From Sphagnum compactum (lineage: Eukaryota), in assembly GCA_965153455.1 (NCBI GenBank), contig OZ234494.1, forward strand, positions 11,966,001-12,030,000: DNA of 64,000 nt. The letters run 5' to 3'. The notes beneath the pieces were generated by a model. It ran no database searches. It worked only from the letters and a program-made list of their open reading frames with translations, and was not told the DNA's origin. Position numbers and translations under genes: made by a program. This document shows, piece after piece, positions 40,001-51,399 of this stretch (position 1 is the first letter of the stretch; the number at the start of each line of letters is the position of its first letter).

Positions 40001-41080
40001 GGGATCCGTGCGAGGGTTTCAGCATGGCAGACATTGATCTTTCATTTGATAACTACGAGGACATTTTCTCAAGCACACAAGGTCTTTCATCTTGGTCCTC
40101 CAATGACATAGAGGCTGCTGCCCGGTGCACACCCATGGGCCAAGACACTGTTGGCGAGAACCAGTGTGAGCATATGCAAAGCATCCCAGAGTTGGACCTT
40201 CTTGAAGTGAACAATGTAAGGTTCTCCTGTCTTACCAGTGAATCAATTTGTTTGTGTTGCATTTCTGTTTCATTTTTTAGGTTAATGTGTAGCACCAAGA
40301 GAGATATTGAACCGAATGCTTTTACAGACACATTTCTGGTTATCAATTTTGGAGGTATGTTTTCCGGGTTCTTGCAGGGTGCCATGAGTGGTGGCAGTGG
40401 TGGCCCTCAAACTCAGGGATACAAAGGGGAGTCAGCTGGACAGGGGCCTGGTCCACCTCCATCTCCAGAGATGAGTGAAGTTGGGATGATGGTGGGTGCA
40501 GCAGGACTAAGCAGTTCTAATATGGAGAGCTTGCGACTAGTGAGCCAGCCAACAGGGTCGAGCTTGTCACTTCCACTTTCTGGACTGAGTGGTGACAGTA
40601 GTGATCACCTCGAGTGCACTGCAGCTTCGTCTATGTTTTTGAATGCTGATCCACCCTCCTGGGGGCCTACAAGTCCTGATAGTGGAGCATTCACCCAAGC
40701 ACGCAACTCAGCAATGCTTCGATACAAGGAGAAGAAGAAAATCCGCAAGTATGTAACCAAAACATAAATCATCCATTTGGCCTCCTTTACATATCATGAC
40801 CTTTTGTATATCAGGGAACCTTTGTATAAAGTTCTGTTATGTCATTTCTGCTCTCTGAACTGGTGGCAGCAAGGTCTGTTTCCTGAGCTTTCAGGCTTAT
40901 TATACTGACATGATCATATGCTATTTTTTTTCATTCAACTTTTGTGAAAGGTTTGACAAGAAGATACGATACGAATCCCGAAAAGCACGAGCAGATATAC
41001 GCAAGAGGGTGAAAGGGAGGTTTGTGAAGGCAGGTCAGGCTTATGACTATGATCCTGTTGGGACCACCAGGAGTTTTTGA
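37031..41080 (+). CDS. CONSTANS-like double B-box + CCT protein (group III, COL9-15-like); exons 37031-37537, 39274-39729, 39955-40215, 40378-40748, 40951-41080
   Basis: B-box1 [33 protein letters not shown]-box2 [19 protein letters not shown], an SGCPSAAEL motif, [11 protein letters not shown], and a CCT domain [42 protein letters not shown], ending YDYDP..TRSF*. All introns are GT-AG and phase-consistent. Confidence 0.92.
37630..38915 (+). repeat. Tandem array of five full and one partial ~240-bp units inside COL intron 1
   Basis: Unit start ttgggtt..acatctgaggagagactaa..tagaatcacagaaa recurs at ~37632, 37878, 38117, 38359, 38593 and 38826. Confidence 0.92.
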
Positions 41081-42723
41081 GTATTCCAACAAAATGACGT
41101 GGATGTCACCTGCCACCTCTGCCCAGATATTTATCTGCGGTATGGAGCTAGTTCCTTGACACTTGCAAATTTGACGAACAAAACAGGAGGCTAATTGAAA
41201 CAAACTTGTACACTTTGCCCCACTGTTGCTTTTGACTCGCCAGTGTATCATTCGGGCACATCCGTCTCTGAAGGAGGAGACACCCTACCCTAGATTGCAT
41301 ATCTTTTGGGCGCATCCATCTCTGAAGGATCCATCCATCCATCCATCCTGATTGATTGGGTCTCATGCATCTGAATGATCTATCCTATGGTTTTACATCC
41401 TTCACCTTATGGGCAGCAGGCGCAATGTGTTATAGTAGCTAGTTCGCAGCTGTTTGATTTTGATCAGCTGGAATGTCTCTGTCTCTTGTCAGCAAGGCAA
41501 CGGGGTGTAATCTTGTTAGAAGCTTTTGGGTACTGTTGTCTTCTAAGTAGGTTTTAGGGTTTGTACAATACAATGCCGCCTTGCTGTTTTGTAAAAAAAT
41601 TAGGTGCCTAACATTTGGCTGGCAGACTGTTTTTTTCTGTTTGAAATTTCAAGGGGTCACATTGGGTTTTTAGGCAACTTCTGGTCTGTTGGCTAGTAGT
41701 GTTTGTTGTGGTCCACTTGCTTTTTGAGTACCACAAACCAGAATTAAACTGTTCCTCCTGTGTAATCCGATTTTGGCCAGAATTGCACACCAGGATTCTG
41801 AGTTTCCAGTTCCAGTAGAGGCTCACATCACAGAGAGGTGATGCTAAGATAGTAACAGTTAGGGTCTAGCACCAGACTGCTAAAAATTATATCATGCAAC
41901 TGTATGTTTACACCAGTTGGTCAGATGGGAAGAGGATTTGTTATGTAATTTGTGCAATGTCACAGATGTACTGATTATCCTGAACTACTATGCTGCCTTT
42001 TTCAGTGTACTTCACCAACTCAGTTGTGCTTTGTTGAATTTGTGCTTGTCGTATCTGTAAAATCCTGTGCCTGAGTGTTATAAAACCAACCTTCAGGTCC
42101 TGACCTTAGTTTTGCATGTTCTGTCGTGTAGTAAGGTGCTTGTGTCATTCTTTTGGAAAAGTTACTTATTTTTCCTGCATGGATAAGAAGCATAATCAAG
42201 AATCCATAGAGAGAGAGAGGATGTTAGTTTGCTTACAAAAAGGTCATTACAAATCATACGGGCTCACTTTGTGCTACAACTTTGTTTTCTAAAGGCAAAA
42301 TCCATCCTTGTGAATCGTGCATTTTGGCATCATCCTTCATCTAAATTTGCAGAGATTGTGAAGCTAGCTAGAATGAGAAAATCATGTCCTACAATGCAGT
42401 ACATTTGGAAAAACAGGACTTGGCTAGAAGCGCATTTCACTTCTATGGAAACTTTCTAGTGAGTTTCAAAGCAGACGGGGTGGTGGACAGAGGAAGGAAG
42501 ATGGGAGTTCAAAACTGCAAGAAAACATGGTAATGTACAAAGCAGAAACCTTAGTCTCCTATTACCCAATTTACCTTCTATGTCAGATAAAAACCCTAAA
42601 CTTCAGAGCTTCAGGGAGCCAATGTACAAATTTCTATTATACCTGTATTTTGCATTTTTAAAGAATGAGAAGGGAGGTAGCTTTTGATGGCACCAAATTT
42701 CCTAAGGGAATTGCTGCTGGTTA

Positions 42724-45700
42724 TCATGCTTGAACTGGTTCAGGAGCAACTAGTGAAAGTGGTGGTGGTGGTGACACAGGCTGCTGCCTATGTAAATTCA
42801 CAGAAGTTAGTAACTTTTGGTCTTGATTGGTCTTAGCAAGAAGAGATGGCACATCCACAGTTAGTGAAGTCCTTGCCTCATACCCACATTCGGACTCCCA
42901 CGCTGGGTCAACAGGTGGTAGAACATAGAGCTCTGCAGTCAGTGCGATTGGGAAGTCTGGCAATTTGGGAGTAGTCTCAGGAGACCTGTACAGATCAACA
43001 ACCCAAAAATAATAAAAAGTTCATGGCATGTTTTCTGTATAGATGAACAACCTAAAAACAAAATCAATCATGCTTTTTTTTATAGATTAAGAAAAACCCA
43101 AAAACAAATAAGTAAAAGCCATACATGCATTTCTGATAACAAATTGAAATCATTTATACTGTTACAGCATGATGCCATATAACCATTCTGTTCGGTGCAA
43201 CTGGGAATTGCCACTTTCAGAATTACAGTTTTGAAGAATGTTTTATGACAAAGTTCAACACTATAGGGAAACACACAAGAGAAAAAGATTGGTGGGATTC
43301 AAGTGGTTTACTTCTCTTCATTGTAAATGTCCCTGAAGATACGAGCCTTGCTCAAAGCCTCTCTTGGTATTCTCTCTGACAAGTGTTTCATTGGACCCCA
43401 GATTGGAGGAAGCAGTCTGTCACCCACCCACCCACACATGCACCCACCACCCCGGTTTTAAAAATTAGAGTGAGGCAAAAAATCTCGTTCATGACTGAAG
43501 GAAGACAAGGAATTTGCAATCAAGGCAGGGTTTAGGGTTTAAGGTTTTAGAGTTTGAGACCATTTGATGCGTTGTACACAATGCAACATCTGTGAGCATT
43601 GGTTGAGTTGAATATAACCATATGAGTGTCAAATTAAAAAAAGGAGATGGGTCTGTAATAATCATCAGCAACTTCTGATGATTTAAACTTTTTGCACTGG
43701 GGATTTCCTACAGTGCGGGATTTAGTGCCAATGCTATGATATAGGGTTTATATAGTGGCATCTTTGACAAACCTTGAAGAAGGGTAAGTGTTGTTAAAAT
43801 ACAAGCGATGTCTTTGTCCCTCTTTCAAATAGCTGACAGATTCTCTAAAACACGCGAGAGCATGCGCATGTGTGTCAACCTCAAAGCCTTCCTCCAGTAC
43901 CTGAGCATGAAAGTAATATGCCATTGCCTGCACACCAAAACAAAACTGCAGGCATCAGTTGCACCCAAATCCTTGAAATTACGAAGAAAAAAGACCCATC
44001 TCCAAATCATAGAAAACCCACAATGATGATGATGATGATTTCAAGCCTACTCCTACTATGACTTTTTGACCTTCTTGTCACAGGGGTGGTGGCAGTGTAT
44101 TGTTTCTGGAAACACAAGTAATGGGTTTCTGGAAGGAGCTTTTACCTTTGCCTCCACAAGCTTCCACTTTGCAAAAAGAATGTGTTTTGCTCCCCACCCT
44201 TCTGCCAATGGCATACGTGCAAGCTTCTCTTGTGCCTGATAAAACAAAGGAAGGAACCCATCATGCCCAAACAAAAAAAAATCACCAATGTTTTTAAAGT
44301 GAGAGAGATAGGAAGTAGTTTCATAATGGAAGTGAAAAGACAAGAACTTGAGGGAGTCAGAGTTATATACTATTTTCAAAGTGAGGGGGAAAATGATGAT
44401 TTAGATGGCTATTGAAAAAAGGCAAAAGCTGAAAGAACAAACCTGTTCCCAACACTTGACTTGCTCACATGCTAACCTTCGTTTTACTGCTAGCGACGCT
44501 GTTACATTTTCAACTGCAAATCCTAACTGTAGTTCCACTGCCTGTATTACACAAACAACCAAATATCAAGTTGCTAGAAAATTTCCTGAAATGTATAAAC
44601 TCCAGAAAAATACAATAATCCCTAAAGTCTTGAAAAACTGGTTCATGAAGCTCCAGTAATGTGCATGTTTAATAATTTGGCCAGGGAATTTTAACCTGGC
44701 CTAATGCTTGCTGTTGCAATGCAATGAACATTCCTTCCATCAAATCTGCAGGTAGCTTTGCCCTACCCAACAACACCAGGCCACCCCACCAAACGTGCCA
44801 TCAGAGTATGAACAGAACATTTCCAAGTTCAAGCATGGCATTATTGCTATCTCTCCCTCATCAAGCATGATGCACCCATACTAGGAGGGAGTGGAGGAAC
44901 AGTATTCTTCATCAATAATGGTGAAAGAAAAAGTGTCTTACTTTATGTCATCTGGCGCATTTGGTATCACTGCACTGATGGCGCACTCAAAATACGACAC
45001 TGCTTTCAATAATGTTTCAATTGCCATCCTCTTGCTTTCTGGTTATTCATCGTCACATATTAAAACTTTGTTGTAAACTTTTCAATTCACAAAGCATAAT
45101 AGCATGACTAGTAAAAACATCAAAATCTCATAAGCTGAACTCAACCACCCATGACATGGTTGACCACTTAAATTGTGCCATTGAAAAGAAACCCAATCCA
45201 ACCCAACCCTACCCTACCCAACCTTCAAGAATGAGGAGAGAGGAAGAGAAGTTGGAAGAAGTTACCGTTCGTTACTGTATTCCAAGAGCAAGATGTGGCC
45301 ACATATCGCCCAAATGCAAATATTGGGTGCAAGGCATAGCAAGAAAACATCCCTTCAAAAATTTTGCTGTTGTAGTCATTAATCTCCAATGTAGGCGTGA
45401 GCATAAGATTAGCATCTTGCATTGCCAGCATGCCTAACAAATGAAGCACTGACAGAAGCTCATAATATGCACTTGACAGAGCTGTTTCCTGCATCCACCC
45501 AATCCATCATTCACAACATGATTAACACCCAGATTACAGTGGGTGATGGTTTTAAGGCCAGTTTTCTCAAGGAATCTTTGCATCCAATACCTCTATGCAG
45601 TTCTTTTGTGCTTGTTTCCAATGTAGTGAAGAGATTTCGAGACCAAAAGATGCAGATTGAAGAACTCTCACAACTCGTTGTGCTTTTGCCAATTGGTGAG

Positions 45701-47433
45701 CATAGTAATACCATGAGGATCATCCCTTCTGACCCAAAAAGTGTGAGGATTGTGAACAAATTACTGACCTTTTTCTCATCTTCCACATTAGTCCATTCAA
45801 ACCTGAAACCTGAGCTCAGCTTTTCCCCTGTCACAAAAGAATCATGTTTCTCAACATAATTAGTCTAGAAACTCAGCAACTTTCAATTGAGACATTATTA
45901 AGGTCTTGAGTGGCAGATTCTGTCATTTTGTTTCTTGACGACATTATTATATGACATAATTGTCCAGTGACGATCATACACTCGTTCGTACACAAAATGT
46001 GTCTGTTGAACATGACTTCATTCTTTTTTTTCTTTTTCAAATCATTGAATCTGCCACCCCAGACCGTAATGTCATGGAATTGCCACGCCCTTACCCATCA
46101 TGTTGAGTATGTTGTTGCATGGCTCACCCTAAAGGGCTTGCCTCACCTGGCACCTCACCCAACAGAACAGGCAGGAGGTTGACCAATTCCATAGTTCAAA
46201 ACAAGGAAATCAAAAAACAGAGATATAGATCCACAATGAAGAGCATTGCAATGGCAATACCGACCATCACATTGGACAAACCCCATCATCATTTGATCAA
46301 CATATTTGAAAAACCATTAAGACTCTTCCTTCACCTACTAAGTTTTACATCAAGATTTATGTTCCACACACACCCCTAATCTTATGTGCCAGTAAAAGAA
46401 GCTCCAATCAGAGAAGCTCCCCATAGGTTGCAAGTCCAATTCTCAAAGATTTCAACAAATACCACTAAATTTCTTTTCCAGTTTTTTCCAACCAAACCTT
46501 TTTGAGAATTATTTAACACCAAACATCAGTCCCAGGTCCAGTGTCAGACAAGTAAGTGCACAAGTGAAGAAAAACCTAAATGAGAGAGAGGGAGAGAGAG
46601 AAAACTTGAAAGAGAGACAAAGTTTGAAGGAAGGTAAATGGGGGATCACCACCACCTACCTCCAGTTGTTAAACCCATAAGAAGCGGCAGATAATCTTCC
46701 AAGGCTTTAGCAAGATCAACAACACCTGCAACAACACAGGATGATCATTAGTTTACCCTTGTTTTGTTTTGTGTTGTGTTGTTTTGTGTTTTTATGTTTG
46801 GTGCTGGGGGTGTGTGTTTTTTTAATCTTTTTTTCAGGCATGAATCTCTTTAGAATTCAGCTAAAAAGAGTGCAAATCCAACAACAAAAAGCCGTGTGGA
46901 AATCCCCATGAAAAGTGAAGGAGGATCAGAGTTTGAATAACAATTGTGTTGTGTTTTTGTGTTTGGTGTTGTGGCTGTAAAAGTTTTTTTCTTCTTCTTT
47001 TTTCAGTCATGAATCTTCTTCGAGTTCAGCAAAAAAAAACAGTGCAAATTATCCAACAGAAAAAACCCAAGTGAAATTCCCAAGAAAAATCAGAGTTTGA
47101 AGGAGGATCAGAGCTTGAATTAATAATAAATCTGTTACCTTGCTCATCGTCAGCATGTCTAGATTTGTGTGAAGAAGATCGATCGGGCTTTGCTGCAAGA
47201 TGGGAAATTCTGGATCTCAAAGAGACCAGGCGAGTAGCAAGCTCTGGTGATATAGAAGAAGAAGAAGCTTGTTGTTGAAGAAGAAGATGAGGAGCAAGCT
47301 CCACGTTTTTGGGTGCTCTAAAACCAGGCACAAATACATAAACCTCACCATTTGCTGCTGAACCTCCTCCTCCTCCTCCGTATGTCGAGGATTCCCAGTC
47401 TTCTATAGCATCTGATGACTGTATACATCCCAT
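42724..47433 (-). CDS. Endosomal-targeting BRO1-like domain protein (plant BROX-like), 11 exons, N-terminal MGC acylation motif
   Basis: Exons approx. 47433-47139, 46725-46660, 45827-45769, 45488-45353, 45038-44942, 44763-44696, 44541-44443, 44235-44146, 43927-43773, 43416-43312 and 42985-42724. They translate to GEVYVFVPGFRAPK, LAKALEDYLPLLMGL, FEWTNVEDE, YELLSVLHL, LPADLMEG..QALGQAVELQLG, SLAVKRRLACE, GWGAKH..KWKLVEAKAMAYYFH, WGPMKHLSERIP and TPKLPDFPIAL..LPPVDPAW. No internal stops; one donor reads GG. Confidence 0.88.
46785..47125. repeat. Diverged ~170-bp tandem duplication in BRO1-like intron 1
   Basis: gtgtttt..tgtttggtg..ttttttcag..catgaatct..ttcagc..agtgcaaat..gaaggaggatcagag..tgaat occurs twice. 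Confidence 0.7.
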
Positions 47434-48059
47434 TACTCCCACACACACTCCCAATTTGGGCTTGCAAAACAAACCCAAAAAAAGTGGAGATAGAGAAGAA
47501 TCTACAGAAAAAAAAAAAAAAAAAACCAACCAAAGAGAAGATGGGTATTGTTGTTGTTGTTATTGTTGTTCCACCAAAACCTTCAAACACAACACCCAAC
47601 CAAAAAAAAATTGTCACAAGAAATGTGAAATGATCCACACACAAAAAGACACCAAAAAAAAAAAAAAGAAGAAGCAGAAGAGGAAGAAGAGGAAGAATTT
47701 GATGAAGAAGAAGATTCTTGAGCTTCTCTGATGATCCACTGAAATTTACAGAAGTTCCTTACAGAAGAATCTCCCGAAAAAAAATTTATATATATAATTT
47801 TTTAGAAATGGAAGAAAATTCAAAATGTTTTGCAGCTTCTGCAACCACAGCAACAACAAAGAAGAAGAAGAAGAAGAAGATGATGGAGAGATGGGGGAAA
47901 ATGACAACAAGAGATCTTTTCTGTGCGAGAGAGAGCTTGATGCGCTGGCGACGCAACACGGCGCCACTGACTGTGTCCTTTTTAACCCAAGGTGGGTCAG
48001 TCAGAGTAAAGTCATCAATCTCTTTGGTTAAACTCTAGTTGATGATGTTGGGTGAAATG

Positions 48060-48578
48060 GTTTTGGGGACCTCAAATTAGTAGCAGCAATTTGTTTCGGG
48101 ACCTCAAATGAGTGGCAGCAATGGGTTTTCAGGATCTCAAATTAGTAGGAGCCATTGTTTTCAGGACCTCAAACTAGTAGCAGCAATTGTTTCGGGACCT
48201 CAAATGAGTGGCAGCAATTGTTTTCAGGATCTCAAATGAGTAGGAGCCATTGTTTTCAGGACCTCAAGCTAGTAGCAGCTGTTGTTTCAGGACCTCAAAT
48301 TAGAAGCAGCTATTGTTTTCAGGACTTCAAATGAGTTGGAGCAATTGTTTTCAGGACCTCAAACTAGTAGCAGCTGTTGCTTCAGGACCTCAAATTAGTA
48401 GCAGCTGTTGCTTCAGGACCTCAAATTAGTAGCAGCTATTTGTTTTCAGGACCTCAAACTAGTAGCAGCTGTTGTTTCAGGACCTCAAATTAGTAGCAGC
48501 TATTGTTTTCAGGACCTCAAATTAGTGGCAGCTATTTGTTTTCAGGACCTCAAAGCAGCTCTTGTTTCAGGACCTCAA
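48060..48578. repeat. ~30-bp minisatellite (~17 units) upstream of the BRO1-like gene
   Basis: Consensus ttgttttcaggacctcaaa(t/c)tagtagcagct. Confidence 0.92.
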
Positions 48579-48929
48579 GGATTTTTCATTGAAAAATTTG
48601 ACCCAAATTCGCCAATTTCAAAGAAAAACTAAATTCCAAATCCCCAGATTTTTATGATAATTTCCAGTAAGTAGGTAGGTAGCCAAGAATATAGAAGGAT
48701 TTTTTTTAAAAAAAATTTCCCCCTACTTTCATATCTAGTATGTAGCCAAATATGGCTAAATTATTTTTCTGGATGATCATCACTTTGGCTACAACACAAA
48801 ATCCTTAAAAGAAACCCTGCTTGGACAGACTATCAGGGCCTTTCACCCTGGACCTCGGGCGAAGCTCAGGCTCCGCCTGCAGTTCACCGATTAGAAGGCA
48901 CAAACAGCAATGCTTCCCCTTATACAAAA

Positions 48930-49155
48930 CTTATGATCAATGGACCTTTAAACTAAGTACACTTTTCCCTAATGTGGACAAAATTATGGTCAATGGACCT
49001 TCAAACTACGCACACTTTCATTAACGCAAACAAAATTTATGCTCAAATGGACCTTCAAACTAAGTATGTACACTTACACAACTTTTGGTCAAATGGACCT
49101 TCAAACTAAGTGTGTACACATACAAAACTTATGGTCAAATGGACCTTCAAACTAG
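48930..49155. repeat. ~45-50-bp tandem repeat, ~5 units
   Basis: ttatggtcaaatggaccttcaaactaagt..acac recurs. Confidence 0.85.
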
Positions 49156-49731
49156 ATGTGGACAATGGTAGGTTAAATTGGCCATGTAGTAGTAGTGTAA
49201 GCATTGGTTGGGGTGCGGGACAGGGAAAATGGGTATGGTATGACACAAGGTGGACAAATTGAAGCTTTCATCCTCGAGTCCTTTTTTAACATTCTTTCAT
49301 TGCACGAGCTATGAACAAGATCACTCAAGGATATAAAAACTATTAAAATCTAATGGGGCCATTTTTCCTTTTTCTTTTTTCAAATTTTTAATATTTAATT
49401 TGCAATTTTTCCAAACATAATTTTTAGAAAATAGTCAATTTTAAAGTAGTAAAAAGAAAATTCTCAAAAAAAATTGTCGGGAAAAAAAAAAACCACTGAA
49501 CTCAATACCTACTAGGGGTGCGTGAAAAAGCTTTTTCATAAAGTACATACAAAATGCATAGACGAGAGACTATATACGAAGTGCAAACCCAACACTTGGC
49601 ACATAAGGCTTGAAACCGGAAAAAAAATTGTTCCTTCGAAATGACAAACTTGGAGTTGGATACTTTTGATTGGAACCTCACTTTTTTCCTTTGGGATGCT
49701 CTTCGTAAGATTGTTTCACTATTCATTTTTT

Positions 49732-49864
49732 CCCGACCTTTTTTCATGTCATATAAGTGTTGCTTTTTGTTTGGTTTTTTTGACTCACTTTTGTGTCCCG
49801 ACCTTTTTTCATGTCATATAGGTGTTGCTTTTTGTTTGGTTTTTTTGACTCACTTTTGTGTCGA
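49732..49864. repeat. ~65-bp tandem duplication
   Basis: cccgaccttttttcatgtcatata(a/g)gtgttgctttt..gactcacttttgtgtc x2. Confidence 0.85.
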
Positions 49865-50119
49865 TGATGTTGTGTATGTTGATAATGCCCAAAGGATGCA
49901 GCATTCCCAAAGTCAGGGCCCTTGAGGAGGTGGCAATCAAGGGGGGTCGTGGGACCTGCCTTTGAAGAACAGCCCCATCCATCTGTCCATCCAAGGGCAT
50001 GTTATTATCCCATGTAATAACAACCCAACAAAAAATGATTTTACCCATGATACCCATCGAGTATCAAAAAACAACCCCAAAAAAAAAAAAAAGATGTAAG
50101 TGAAAACACCTTACATAGT

Positions 50120-50420
50120 GAGCATTTCATTTGAAATGCCTTGAAACAAAATGTGAATGAAATGCCTATTAAAGCGAGCATTTCATTTGAAACGCCTTGA
50201 AACAAAATGTGAATGAAATGCCTATCAAAGCGAGCATTTCCATTTGAAACGCCTTGAAACAAAATGTGAATGAAATGCCTATCAAAGCGAGTATTTCATT
50301 TGAAACGCCTTGAAATGAAATGCGAATGAAAGACCTATCAAAGCGAGCATTTCATTTGAAATGTCTTGAAATGAAATGCGAATGAAACTCTTGTCAGACC
50401 AAGCATTTCGTTTGAAACAA
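50120..50420. repeat. ~56-bp tandem repeat, ~5 units
   Basis: gagcatttcatttgaaa(c/t)gccttgaaacaaaatgtgaatgaaatgcctatcaaagc. Confidence 0.92.
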
Positions 50421-51399
50421 TGGAAATGCAATAGTAATATTGCCTTGCATTTCCAAGAGGCAATATTACTATAAATAACCCACCTTCCCTTGGCTCTAAA
50501 AAATAAAATTAAATAAATTTTTTAAAATAAAAATTATTATTTATTTAAAATTAATTAAATTAATAAATAAATAAACTCTATTAGGTTATTCCTTTCCACA
50601 AATGGTAGTTTTCGGGTCTAGTAGTATCTCCATTTCACAAGTATCTTCAAACATGAATGCAACACTTTGAAGGATTTTTAAGGGTTGGTTTTTCTTTTTT
50701 CTTTTTTTTTTTCTTTAAAACCCTATTTTGAACTCAAGTTAAATTGTAGTAATGCTCATGTGCTCCTATCTTGTGGACCTCCTAGTGAATTGTGCAACTT
50801 TGAAAGTACCATCTTTTGTCACTTGTTCTTATTCTTTTTTTGAAGTGCTCAATGGTCACTAAAGCTCGTATGGTACTAATAAACAAAGGCAAGATATTTA
50901 TATGGAGTGTGAAGGAATGACAAGTGTAGGATTCTATTCAGGTGGATTGCAATCAGCTTCTTTTTCCTTTTTTTTGGATTTCTACATCATTGTGTAGGTG
51001 GCAAAAAAAAATTCAGAGAGCAGATTCACATGTGGTGAAAAACAGAAAAGAGTTGCCAAAAAAAATATTAATGGCTATTGCCATTATAGTCCAAGAGCCC
51101 TTGGGCAAAGGGAGTACAAAGTTCAGTCTGGCAACAATGCCATAAGCGGTATCTAATTTCCAAGCTGGCTACTATAGTTCTAGCTCCATTGCTTTTTTGG
51201 CTATGGAGACTATTATTCTCCTAAAAATCTGGTGAATGGCAAAAGTCGTCTAGCAATCATGTCCACATTCAACTATTCACCTCTAAAACTGCAACAGAAA
51301 TGAGGGGCAAAAATGCATAAAAACGCTCAAGGCTCGAGCATATCAGCCTCGATCATGGGTTGATTGAACTTGTAATCACATTTCATATGTATCCTAGTA

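Noticed and set aside
48060..48578. CRISPR array or coding repeat (ORF 48408-48632, QDLKLVAA repeats)
   Set aside because: Head-to-tail minisatellite with no unique spacers; the ORF is a by-product of the repeat.
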